DNA from: Camelus dromedarius | Taxonomy: Eukaryota | Direction of reading: 5' to 3' | DNA: 64,000 bases | NCBI RefSeq assembly: GCF_036321535.1 | Contig: NC_087437.1 | Coordinates: forward strand, 67,892,001 to 67,956,000 | The notes under the pieces: model-generated | Database searches by the model: none | What the model was told of the DNA's origin: nothing | The model's input: the letters and a program-made list of their open reading frames with translations, nothing else | Made by a program: the position numbers and the translations under genes | In this document: positions 23,301 to 35,920 of the stretch, piece by piece | Layout of the letters: each line of letters begins with the position of its first letter | How positions within the stretch are numbered: position 1 is the stretch's first letter

Positions 23301-26269
23301 AATCAAGTACCAGCTAGGAAGATGAAAGGTTATCATGGTGGCACTTGAGGACCTCTGAACTTTCCTAGCCTTGAACATTGCCTTGGAACTGCCAATGTAT
23401 TTCCATGAGCCCTCTCAAGTGCTGACCCTTGATTTAGTCCACATATTCATGTTAGTAGACAACACCAAGAACTACTTATCATGTGTAGTGAAAGGCCAAA
23501 AGGCCAAAACCTACCTGACCCTGTTGGCTTAGGAAGTGTGAGAATAACTAAGAATAGAAAAATTTTACAGTAAGTTTTTCATCAAGTCCAATATGATCAA
23601 AAATGTGTTTGTTCTTCTGTGCTCTTTGACTGCATATGCAATAATAAAACAACTGGGTGGTTAGCAAATTTATATGTTTGGGCACAATATCAACCAGTCA
23701 GTCAGTTGACTTCTTCAGTGCCTTTGAGATAATGTATACCTGTCTCTTTTTAAATGTCAAGTATCAATATAATTGTGTTCCTTTTCTATTTTGTCTTCTT
23801 CCTGATACTCTTGTTTTTGTTATACTGTTCTCTCCCTGTCCTCATCTCTCCTCTGATTGTCTCATATATACTAAGGGAGGTTTTTAGTAGATTATTAAAG
23901 GTGTTTTGGAATGATATCAAAGTGATATGTCCACTTACATCTTTTGAATACTCTCAGCAAGTTGATGGGTCATACTTACACTGACTTCAGTATTCTGCAG
24001 TCTTGTGACATTGATTGCTATTACTTTTAGACTCCCCTATTTGGAGTGCTCAGTGACAGAAGTCATTTAGGATACAGAATACTATTTATAGGTAGTTTTA
24101 TTTTGGTGGGTGATATTGGTGACTAATTGATTTCCTTTTTATTTAAATGTCTCTGGAAGAGAATATGACTTTTTTGAATAAAATCAAATGGAAAATAACC
24201 TCAACTCTTCAGATCAAATTACTAAAGCAAAAGAAAGGGTTTTTTTTTTTTTGTACATATGTATATTCTTATACATACTGCATGTGATAGGAAATGAAAA
24301 GTAATAGCTTCATTTTCTTGTATCTCTAGGAAGCTATAAAAGTGCATATGTGACTCAGGTCATCTCATAAAGAAAAAATAATATGCAACATATAAAATAC
24401 AGGGATGTTTAATGGGATTATAAAATCTGGACTACCTACTTATTTTCTAGTAGCAAATTTATTCATTATTGTCGCTATTAATAATAGTAATATCATTATG
24501 AATCTGTGCATATATTAAAAACCCACTATTTGCTTTATCCACAAAAGATAATTTTCCCTCTGGGATTTAATTGTGGCTTTTGAAGGAGAGAAGTGAAATC
24601 ATTATGAAATGCTGACAGATTCATACCTTTCCACTCCTGGGTCTAACACTCATTAATATTTATGTGAGGATTTTATCTTCTGTGAGAGAAGAGTGGGTTA
24701 AATAGAAGACTATGTGATGGGTTCAAGGTGTGGAAATGTAGTCTGCAACACAGTACTCTGGCACATGGATCAGTAGCCAGTTTGAGGAGATAAATGTTCT
24801 CCTTTGGGCAAGAAAATATACCTCGCTATCGTTTTTGCCTACAAGTGCAATGAAAGACTAATGGAGATCTGTCTCCTCATGTAACTCGGGAGGTCCCTGG
24901 TATACTAATTGAAGAGAGATCTGGAGACAGAATAATTGTGTCAATATAGGAGGTTTATTCTTGCCCCATTATTTGGGACTGTGTTTATTTATTGGCCCAG
25001 AGTGCATCTTGCCTAAATCTTGGGCTAGTGTGGCATTCCCTTCTGCTTGGTTTCTCTCAGCTGAGCACAAGCTGTTGAAGATCCAGCAACAGACAATCCC
25101 TTTGGAAGTGAAGCACTTAAAGCTTTTTGGTGTCTTCTGCTCGTGCACACATCCATGTGACATCATAAGAATTTTATAGAATTAAGAAGTGATTTTATTA
25201 GGAGTTGTGAACTAGTTATTGACAGAGGTGGGTGAATTAAGAGGCATAGACCTTGATTACTACAGAGAACACAGTCTGGGTCAAATTTCAAATCATGTGT
25301 CTGTGTATGTGTAATAATTAAAGAATTTCCTGCTGTGTCATTTAAGAGAGATTGTGAAGTAATTGGGTGAAGAATCACCAGGACTGGGACAAGAGGTGAT
25401 AAGAAAAAGAATTCAAGATAGAGCTGTCTTTCATATGATTCATAAACTGAGGTCCTGACGTACAACCTTGGATACTTTTCTAAGTCAGTTCTGAACCACT
25501 GCCCCGTTCCAGTAATAACATGGGGATAAAATAAAACATCCTCCAAGGAGGCATTTAGTGGTGAGCTAAGGCTGAGAGCCTTCAAGGACATTTATCTCCA
25601 TAGTAGCAACGTTTGATTCTTTGTGGTTTCCACAAATCTCTGTAAAAGGCATTGATCGCCACTGTCAGTATGATTAGAGGAAGCACTGACGCATAGCATG
25701 TTTATGATTAAAAAAACAAAAACCAATTCATGCACTTAACGCATGTCATGAGGAAGATTTCATTCTCTAGGGAAAAGATAAATTTTACTTTTTAAAGAGA
25801 TGCTTTCTTGATGATTTTCTTAAATGGCTTTGGCTATTATTTGAGATATATCCCAGTCTGAGGACCAAGAAGTAGTACTTACTCTGTGATCTTAACCAAT
25901 TCACTTGACTTCTCTTGCCCTCATCATTCATGTCTTTAAATGAGATTGTTCTTTCTTTAATATGTTCTCCACCTCCAAAATTTATGGAATTCTGTGATAC
26001 AGCCATTGTTCTACACGGCTCTCCCAATATGCATTCAGGATTTACCCTGAAAAGTCAAGTGTTAGTGGAATGATTATCTTTTAACCCACCCCCAACATTT
26101 GTGAACACTTACTATGTACCTGAAATTATTAATAATTTTTGAGGAAAGGGATGTAGAAAACAGAATTGTATAACTCACTCTTTAACCTCTGTGACTATTC
26201 AATATTTTGTGCAAGCAAATAAAGAGTTAAATTCCATAAAGAAGTTACAAAAGCTGTTATCATATACAA

Positions 26270-26480
26270 CAGGGTTTCTCACCCTCCCACTATTGACATT
26301 TTGAGACAGATGGATAATTCTTTGTTGAGGAGCATTTCCTGTCTGTTGTATGCTTGGCACCATCCATAGCCCAGTGAGATGCCAGCAGTATCCCTCCAAT
26401 TATGATAACCAAAAATGCCTCTGAAGTTTGCAGAATGTTCCCTGAGGGTCAAAACTGCCCTGTTGGATGGATAACCATTG
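26270..26480. mobile_element. MER20 hAT-Charlie DNA transposon, near full length
   Basis: cactattgacattttg, ggataattctttgttg, agatgccagcag, aaccaaaaatg. Terminal cagggtttctc / gataaccattg. 8-bp TSD atatacaa / atctagaa (6/8). Confidence 0.9.
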
Positions 26481-26930
26481 ATCTAGAAGAGAGCGATAAC
26501 ACCTGTGGAATTTTCAGAGACGATTCATTCTACCTGGGTCTCAAATTATGAGGGATAAGGAAGGTTACAAATACAGATTGTAGTCATATTTTCCATCCTA
26601 TAATGAGCTTGAGAAATGGAAGTCAGCCCTCAATTATGTGGTCTTCATAATGCTGGACAGAGTCGCTTGGAACATTCAAGTGTCTGACTCTGGGCCTCTG
26701 CTTGGGCACTAGTCAGAGGAATTAGTTGGACATGGAATTGGAATCTTGGATATGGCTATATAAATATTAACTGATGGTAGAAATTAGCTTTTACTATTTT
26801 TCAATACATTGTATTTGTTCAAATTATTTTGTTACCACAGCCTTGATTCAGGTAGTTGCAGAGATTAAAACCTAGTTTCCAGTTTTGAAACTTCTACTCC
26901 TGCAATTTCAGTGTATTCAGGTCTTGAAAT

Positions 26931-27006
26931 AAATGGTCATGCTAAAGCTAAATTAAGGCAAATTTATAAAATGGTCATGCTAGATCTAAATTAAGGCAAA
27001 TTCATA
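26931..27006. repeat. Tandem duplication, 2 x 38 bp
   Basis: aaatggtcatgctaaagctaaattaaggcaaatttata vs aaatggtcatgctagatctaaattaaggcaaattcata, 35/38 identical. Confidence 0.95.
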
Positions 27007-28844
27007 TAATGCTTAAAACTAACAGCAGTCAGTTCCCCAAGGCCAGCATCTCTTCCAACCACTGAATGTTTTATTCCAGTGGGGAAAGATTATGCTATGT
27101 GACCTGTTAAGTTGGAGCCTTTTTTTGAGGCTCACTACTTTATGGCACTGCTGCTTCTAATAGGGTGTTGCACTGGTGCCAAACCCTGCAACACACATGT
27201 GACTATTGCTAATAGGTGGCAGCTTCAGCCATGGCTACTTAATCATCCCAGGGAGATCCTTGCCTGAGGAGAAAGGTGATAAATGTCACAATAAAAGATT
27301 AATTGCATATGTTTTGTGTGACATGACATCCCATGGGACTTAAGACTATGTTTGTGGTTTTATAAAGCATACTGTAAATATCAGGCTCCACTTTGGCTGT
27401 GACCCTGCCAAAGATGGGGCTAATGTCATTTGTCATATTCAGACATTGCCTTTTAAAAAACATCCTTGTTAAAGCTGCTACCAAGGTGTGATGTGTTTGA
27501 TGGCTCTGAGGAAATTTTTGTTTTTATAATAGGATAGAGAAACAGAAAGACAGCAGAAGGGAGATGAGGAAGTGGGCCATGGAGTGGAGCAAAAACATGT
27601 CACTCAAGGGAATGGGGAAATGGTGGTCTTCCTGTTTGATTAATGAACGTTATTAGACAGATGTTCTTATATCTTACAAGATTGTTGACCTATGCTTAAT
27701 GGGAAAACTGTGAGAGAGGGAAATCCCACTGAGAGAAGACAACCTCAGAACTTGCCAGGGAGGGGTTAGATATCTCCAGTGTTTGACTATTGTATTTTAG
27801 ACTTTTCATTTGGAGGGAAAGTAGTGAATTATAAGGACTGGGGGGTATAGAGTGAGAAGAGTAACTATACCATTTCACTGTGGTCCAGTTATTAGCATAC
27901 TACACAGTTTCACAGCTTTCTACCATTTGGCTTCAGATTGGCTCTAAGAGTCAGGATTGAATTAAATCTGTGTCTTACGTCTATTTCCTGAGTGATCTGT
28001 TTTTTTCCCCCCTAATCCCCAACACTCATTGCTGCAGAGCCTAAATGATTGGTTTTTTTTTTTTTTAAACTGAATTTCTAGCTCTGGTTAGAGCTGTGTA
28101 ACTGAATAGCATCGGAACATATTCTTGCTTAGAGCAGACAGATGTTCAGAACATGAAACCCCACCCAAAGGAGGGAATAGGATACATTTCTATCCATCCG
28201 GCCACTGCAGTGACCAGCAGTGGCTTTAGTCCATTAAATAGTTAGCTTTATTTTAGATAATACTCCTTCCACCTGAGACCCTGGAGGCTTAATTTTGTTA
28301 ATGCCTTTCCCTGTATCTTTTTCTGTGCTTTAACACAATGTGAAGATTCTCTTGGCTGGTAGTTTAAATCCCTGTGGCAATAGGGAAGGCATGATGTGAT
28401 ATGAAAGTACTTTCAACAGGAAATGAGGTTTACTCTCCCATTGCTCGAATTATTGCAATCATGTGCATTCTGAGTTGAAGCAGTGTGTGAGGTTCCTATG
28501 TACGGGACTTAATTACACTATCACTATAAGCAGCTGACTCCTCAGATCTAGAAGGTGAGAATCAATGAGGGTGCAACTTGCAAGTATCTGCCTCTCTCTC
28601 TCCCCTTCTCTATTTTACTTGCCTTTCCCCCCAACTCTGTGTTTCCTCCTGTACTTCATTTCTAGCCTCAGTTTCTTCTTTACTATCTTTTGTTTTCAAG
28701 TTTACCTTCAAGTTTTAAAGGTAAGAATTGTGCTATCACTAGGAAGGCCAAAAATGCTCTAGTCTCAGCCACATTGTGAGTGAAACTGTTTGCTTCCCTG
28801 TGATTGTCGTGATCTTCATTAAAAAATAGTTATTTCTTCCCCTA

Positions 28845-29414
28845 ATTTACTCATTCATTTATTCATTCTCAACAGTTCCCTATTGAACATTTACTGAGTA
28901 TCAGATACTGAGCTAAGAAGAGAAAGAACAGCCCTTAAGGCACTTAAAAATAATTACAGGGAAATGTGATGAGTATTATAAAGGGAATTTTTGCCAAGTG
29001 CTAAGATAATCCAGTAGATGGAATTGCTAACAAGTGGGGAGGGTGGGTATTGGAGAAAGTACCATAGAGCAGTGATGTTTGAGAGAAAACTTGATTTATT
29101 AGTGGGAAGGTAGACTCACTGCTGTCAGTGGCATGTACAAGAGTATAGTAACATACAAGAGCCTTGCAGTATGACATTGAGGAAGGTAATTTAATTTGAT
29201 CTGACTTGAACAAAACATCAGAATGGAGTGATTACACATGGGTTTAGATAGCCAGTTTGGCTGGGGCTTTCTGTTAACTTTCCTTCAGAAGATTAACATT
29301 AGTAGAGTTACATCATTTGGATTCCAAAGAGGAAGAAATTCAAGGCATGAATATCTATAAAGAGGTAGTTGCAATGATCCTGGCATAAATAGGAAATTAT
29401 TATCTGTGGAAGAA

Positions 29415-29447
<33 letters not shown>

Positions 29448-30030
29448 CACAGTAATATGAGAGCATGTGAACTTTTCAGTCCCGTTGGAAGGTTAGAAAA
29501 TGTTTTTTTGAATTGAGGATATGTTGAGCTGAGATGGAAAGGGAGGTAGGCTTTACGTAGGTTCAGGAGAGGAAAAGAAGCTTTCTTTAAAATCTGGGAC
29601 AGTGGTGAGATGTAGATATCTGTATACATAGGCTGGGAGAGAAGGGTGAGAAAGTGAGAGCATGATTTAATTGGTATTACTGGAAGATAAATGGGAGGTG
29701 GGAAAAGTGAGGCTAAAAGTGAGTGGAACCAGATCACAGTGGATCTCACTTTCCGTGATAGAAGTTTGAGCTTTGCCTTGCAGGTGATGTGAGACTCTGG
29801 AGTATTGTATTTGAGCAGTTGACATAGGTAGATCTGCTTTTTAAAGACCTTAGTCTTTGACAATGTAGAGGATGGATTTGACGTAGGTTGGATTTAGAAA
29901 GAAAGACATAAATACAGGCCCTCTGGAGAGGCTTTGGCAACAGATGCAGAAAATGTAAACCAGGGTAGAAATAATGTGGTTAGAGTCAGGACATAGTTAC
30001 CAACTCAAAGGAAATCTGACTATGTGGTCA
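28845..30030 (-). mobile_element. L2, 3' part of an interrupted element
   Basis: tcattcatttattcattc tail, then typical L2 antisense sequence (tgttgagctgagatggaaag, gtggaaccagatcacagtgg). Confidence 0.7.
29415..29446. repeat. (AT)10(AG)6 compound microsatellite
   Basis: Read directly. Confidence 0.9.
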
Positions 30031-30040
30031 AATAAGAGTT

Positions 30041-30272
30041 TGTGTCTTGGTTTGGGTGTTTTTAGAAGAGGACCTTAAGATGAGAATGGAAATGAAAGTT
30101 TGGGGAGGGGAAAAATGCCAGCAGGGAAATAGGGAAGTAAAACAGGGAAGGAAATTTGGCCAATAAAAGGCACGTTTTCAAGCAAATTACCACTGTGGGT
30201 AACTGATGCTTAATCCTGCTGAGAAACTTTAGAAGGCAGTATAGAACACATGCTTTAAAGTTATCTCACTCT
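30041..30272 (-). mobile_element. MLT1K/L-like LTR, interrupted by L1; short remainder near 32341-32400
   Basis: tgtcttggtttggg..., gccaataaaagg, ttaccactgtgggtaactg, gtatagaacacatgc...gttatctcac. Confidence 0.75.
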
Positions 30273-30274
30273 AG

Positions 30275-32340
30275 GGAGACTCTAGACCAAGATGGTAACA
30301 TAGAAGACTCCTGAATTTCCCTCCAACCATGGACACACTAAATATGCAGCTGCAAATTGATCAGTTCCCTCTAATAGAAATACAAATGCTAATTAAATTA
30401 TTTCTATACATGAGGCAACTGAAAAATACCCAAATCAAAATGGATAGCAAAAGCTGAGACATAGTCTTACCATAAACCCTGCCTCTAGCATAGCACCATA
30501 AAATCAAGAGGGAACCACCAACTCCTAGTTTCTCCCTGGGGAGCAAAGGGTTTGGACCACATGTCTAGCACCCCAGCTTTGAAAGCTACCACTTGAGGGA
30601 TGGAACCCCTAAATCATCTAGTTCTGCAAATCAGTGGGGCTTGCATTCACACATCTAACAGTATTATAGTAAACAAAGCAGATTTAAAATAGGTGTAGGA
30701 GAAACTCCCATGGCTATACACCCAGGCTCAGCACAGAGGGAGCAGGAAAAAACACTGTCTCCCAGTTTCTGCCTAGAAGGGGTCTGCCTGTGTAAATTCC
30801 CAGCTGCTGCCTATGGGTCTAGCTTCTCATCAACCTGCATCTAGGTGCTGACTGTGATCCTCTCAGCATCCTGAATGAGCTGGTGGGAACTTTCCCTCAT
30901 TCTCACTCTGGCTCACTCCAGCAATAAAAATAAGTTTCCAGCTTCCCCCTGGAAGGGAACTTGTTATCACATCTAGCATCCCAACTGTTATGGCCACTAC
31001 CCAAGGAACTCACTCCCATATCATCTAGCTTTGGAAGCTGTTGGGGCTTCGCATTCAGTCCCCAGGACCACACAAAACAAAATGGTTGATCTGTTTGGGC
31101 ACACAAGCTCTCTTAGTGATGATTCTCTTTGGCTTAGCACAGAATGAGTGAGAAAAAAACAGCCAGCTAGCTGCTGGCTTTTCCCTGATAAGCGCTAGAC
31201 TGCTTATCTAATATTCTGACTTTCCCATCTGCTGCCTGAATGTTGGGTTTTCAGTTAGCCAGCATTGGGACGCTGAAGGGGTGGTCAATTAGTAGTCTTC
31301 AGAAACACTGGACAGGTGTATGGGCATTTTCCATTCTTTGGGATACTGATGGGTCTTGGCATATCCTCAACTACTGGGAGCCATTAATAACAAAGGCAGT
31401 GGCTTAGATAATCAAAAAGGTTTGAGAGGCAACCAGGAGCTTGGGTTGGGCTGATTGACAAGGTTCATCTCCATGGGATCAGTCTGTCAAGACTGGGAGA
31501 GGTGACTGTTTTGTCCAATGCACAGAAACCAACACATAGAATCAAGGAAAATTAAGAAACAGGAGAATATGTTTCAATGAAAGAGCAAATAAATTGCAAG
31601 AAACCCATCCTAATGAAATAGCAATAAGTGAGTTGCCCAGTGGGGAGTTCAAAATAATGGTCATAAGGATGTTCTCTGAGGTCAGGAGATCAGTGCAGAA
31701 ACAAAGTGAGAATTTCAACAGAGTAATATAAAATATTTTTAAAGTATCAAACAGAAATCATACAGCTAAAGAATACCTGAACTGAAAATGCAATAGAGAG
31801 ATTCATCAACAGATTACATTATGTGGAAAAAAGGATTAGTGTACTTGAAGACAGGACTTTGGAACTCATCTAATTAGAGGAGGGAAAAATGAAACAGAGT
31901 AGAGATAGCTTAAGCAACTTATTGGACATCATTAGATGGACCAGTATACATATTAGAGGGGTCTCAGAAGGAGAAGAGAGAGAAAGAAGGCAGAAAACTT
32001 ATTCAAGAAATACTGGCTAAAAACTTTCCTTACCTGGCTTTCAGATCCAGGAAGTATAAGTTACCAAAAAAGATGAATCAAAAGATACCCATACCTAGAC
32101 ACATTATAATTAAATTGCCAAAAGTTAAAATGTAGATCTTAAAACGATAAGAGAAAAGCAACTTGTTACATATAAAGGAACTCTTATAAGACTGTCAGCA
32201 GATTTTTGAGTTGAAACCTTGCAGGCCAGAAGGTTATTGGAGAGATACAGTCAAAGCACTGAAAGGAAGGAAAAACAAAAAACAAAAAACTGGCAACCAA
32301 GAATATTTTACCCAGCAAAGTTGTCCATCAGAACTGAACG
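30275..32340 (+). mobile_element. L1 5'UTR plus most of ORF1, decayed, 3' part missing
   Basis: 5' end caagatggtaacatagaagactcctgaa. ORF1 remnant from ~31550 (gagttcaaaataatggtcataaggatg) to agaatattttacccagcaaag (R-I-x-Y-P-A-K-L motif). Confidence 0.88.
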
Positions 32341-32474
32341 TGATACTTGGAGTAGCAAATCAGGCCAGAATGCTCTGAAATGGTAACACCCTAAGAAGTA
32401 AAAGCAAGATAACACATACCCTGGGAAACTCGGTAAAAAAACCCAAAAAATAAAAAACAAAACAAAACCGGGAT

Positions 32475-33600
32475 CACTCTCAGATTTTGTCTTGGGTCAA
32501 TGGCTAGTAATCTCATTAACTTGGAGAATATAAGAAGAAGAATGGGTTAGGGTGAAAAAAAAAGAATTTAGTTTTGGACATACTATCTTTGAGATATCTA
32601 CAAGATATTAGGTGATTATGGATTTCAATCTAAAGGAAGAGATCTGGAACAAGAGATTGAGGTTTAGAAGTCATAGCCTACAAAAAATGTTGAAATCATG
32701 TGGACAAATGAAATCATTGAGGGAGACGTGCAGAGTGAGAAGAAGAGTGGGCCAAGGAGGGAACTCTATAGAGATCATCAACACGACAAGCTTGTCTGGA
32801 GGAAAAGCTATCTATGACAAAGAAGGAGAGAGAATGGATAGTGATACATGGAGAACGAGGATAATGTAGAGTTAAGACAGCAAGAGACTAGAGAGTTTCA
32901 GTAAGGAAGAAATCAGCAGCTTTAACTTCAACCAAGAATAAGAGAGAGATTTAGTTATGTACATCTAATTGGCAATCATTTTGTCTTTAGTGGTTCTGAT
33001 AAGAATAGTTTGCAGCAGAATGTAAGATGTAAGATTAGAGTGGATTTAGGAGTAAGCCTGCTTCTCTTTGTGGATGAGATGGAAATTACATGAAAGCTAG
33101 AGGGAGATTTAATTTCATGCTAGGTTTAATGGCATATTTATAGACCAAAAAGGGGAGGAATCAGTTAAGAGTAACAAACTAAATATCATGGGAAGAAAAG
33201 GACTGTATAGTGGAGCAAGGTCCCAGAAGAGGAAATACTAAATTGTTTAGGTGAAGGATATGCTTAATCAGAAATAAGGATACTTCATTCTAGAAGACTG
33301 AAAGAAAGAGGATAAGGATGAGTACAGGTGAATTTAAGTTAGTAGAAGGGAGCAAGTGGGAATATACAGAAGAATATATCTTACAGACTTAGAGCTCTTG
33401 TTGATTCAGGAGACAAGATGCTCTGCTGAGACTGCGTGGGGTCTAGAGGAAAATGATTAAGGTTTGTAAATGTGGAAATAGGAGAGGGAACTGTCTGAGT
33501 TCAGATAAAAGGGTTGCTGAGACCCCACTGATTTTGCAGATTGAGGATTTGTAGCAGCGTGATTACCTGTTCTACTAGTAGTGCTCTGCCACCTGAATGT
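32475..33600 (-). mobile_element. L2 continuation
   Basis: gaatttagttttggacatactatctttgagatatct, gagaagaagagtgggccaagg. Confidence 0.7.
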
Positions 33601-33669
33601 AGAAACAGAAAAGACTGAATTGTAGAACTGATCTCAAATTGATGTTTTATAGGGTAGGTGAGGTCCACA

Positions 33670-34000
33670 AGACAGGGGTACAAAGAATGCTTCGTTTTCT
33701 TTGCACTCATGCTGCATGTCCAAGAGGAGCTAGAGATTGGGGCAGTCTGTACATTATAATCACTCCAGAACCCAGACTGATGGAGAATCTATATCACTAT
33801 AGCAGGAGGAACGAATTTTGGCAAGTCTTATACTGCTTATTAAAGGCTCTATCCAGAAGAGACACACATTAAAGTTGTTCACATTTTATTGAATAAATCA
33901 AATTACCTGGTTGCTCCTAACTTCAAAGTGGGCAGGAAACAATACTATCTTAGGCTCAAAAAGAGAGATGGAATATTTGTGTACAGTTCCAATTACTGCT
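33670..34000 (-). mobile_element. MLT1I/J-like LTR remnant
   Basis: cactccagaacccagactgatggag, ttcacattttattg, cctaacttcaaag, gaatatttgtgtacag. Confidence 0.7.
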
Positions 34001-34594
34001 TTGGCTAGGGCTTCTGTGATAATGTACTTTACCATTCAGATTCTCTTAATGTCTTTCTGCCTCCTCCATTCCTAACCTGCTTTACCCACTAAGTGTCCAC
34101 ATATTCCAAGTTTGGTTCTTAGCCTTTTATTCTTCTATTGTTTCCCTTGCTCTCTCTTTTCTTCAGGTGATTTCCAGATTCATGATCCTTGTGTTAACCT
34201 CATTGCTTTCTCTAGTCACATAGTATCTCAAATATTTCTATTGCATATGTTGCTTTGACCTCAGTTGGAGAGTGTGCAAAACAGTAGTCACAGATTAACA
34301 TCCACTTGTATTTCTGTTTGTTAATGTGTTTTTCTTCAGATTCTGTCTCAGCCTCAAACACCTGTCTAGATCCTCTCTTTACCTTGAGATCAAGTGTGTT
34401 TTTTATTTGTGGATGTACACATAGTAGGTGTTAAAAAAAATACTGGCTGGTGATTTTAATATTTTTTCTTTCACTTTTTTTTCTTTAGGCTTAGACTAAT
34501 GCTAGAAGCACTTTCTGATGAAACATCTTTCCCCCTGTACAGTTTTTTTTTTTTCACGAAGGCCAGAATGAAATCTGTATTTTATTATTATTAT

Positions 34595-35055
34595 TTTTTA
34601 GTTTAGGTGATTTTTATTGATGTAAAATAGATACAGAAAAGTTTATAAATTACAAGTGTACATCTGTAGTGCTATCATCTAGGTCAAAAAATAGACCACT
34701 GCCATTCCCCAGAAGCTGTCCTATATGCCCCTGCCCACACATTGCAGCACCTACCCCTAAGGATAAGCACTGTCTGGCACCACAGATTTGTTTTACTTCT
34801 GAAATTTATACAGGTGGGGTCATATGGTATGCACACTTTGTCTTTGGATTCTGTTGCTCAGTATTTTGATTATGAGACTCATCCATGTGGTTGCATATAC
34901 TATTGCTCTATAATATTTTAATATACAAATATATCCCACTTTATTTGTCCATTCTACTGGGGATATACATTATGGTTATTTCCTGTTATGAGTTGTTAGG
35001 AGTAGAGTTTCTATGAACTTTCTTATACATGTATTTTATTATATCTTTGTATTTA
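34595..35055 (-). mobile_element. Old L1 3' end (L1MC/ME-like)
   Basis: gagactcatccatgtggttgcat, tttatttgtccattctactg, ctatgaactttcttatacatg. Confidence 0.75.
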
Positions 35056-35104
35056 TTGTCATTGGAAAATGTGCAGATCTCAGTGAGAATGGCAAATGAC
35101 AGAA

Positions 35105-35210
35105 TGCCACTAAGGCAAAGAGTCCTTAAGTAGCATACAAAAAGTGTTGATCATAAAAAGGAAATGAGTGAATGACTTAACTATATTTGAGTGGAGGACT
35201 TCAGTAATCT
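35105..35210 (+). mobile_element. Short old L1 ORF2 fragment
   Basis: aggcaaagagtccttaag...acaaaaagtgttgatcataaaaagg. Confidence 0.5.
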
Positions 35211-35677
35211 ACATTTATTTTCATTTACGAAATTTTATCCAGCTCTTCCTCTTCTCAAGACACTTCAGTTGTCTGCTTATGTCCATGGAGAGAGGCCTCC
35301 CTGTATTCAGAAAAAATTCAGTTATATAGCTTTGATTTTGTTTTTAGTTTTCTTTAAGTTCACACTTGCAGAGGTTCCAATTTGAAGCAAAGTAGTTGGT
35401 GGATTAAAAAAAAATCAACACCCAAACCCTCAGTAAACTTATAACTAAACCATATTTAAAATAAGTATGAAAATGATAATTTTGGAATAATTTTTTTTTC
35501 TGTATTTGTATTTTTGGTTTTTGTCTAAATATGGTTTCAGTATTGGAGTTGCACAGACTCTAGGAGACAGGAATATATTAGGTTTGCATTAGGTTGTTCT
35601 TGGGTATCGTTTGGTTTACAGACCAGTGGTCAGTTTTTTTTTTTTTAAGCATGTACATTGGTAGAATTAAAACTTAC

Positions 35678-35920
35678 TTTATTTTATTTTATTTTATTTT
35701 ATTTTTACATTGTTTTCTACTGAGTTATAGTCATTTTACAATGTTGTGTCAAATTCCAGTGTGGAGCATGATTTTTCAGTTATACATGAACATACATATA
35801 TTCATTGTCACATTTTTTTCACTGTGAACTATGACAAAATCTTGTATATATCTCCCTGTGCTATATACAGTATAATCTTGTTTATTATGCATATGCCTGT
35901 CAGTATCTACAGATTTTTAG
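35678..35920 (-). mobile_element. L1 3' end (cetartiodactyl/camelid type) with (TTTTA)n tail
   Basis: tagtcattttacaatgttgtgtcaaattccagtgt, tccctgtgctatatacagtataatcttg. Confidence 0.85.
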
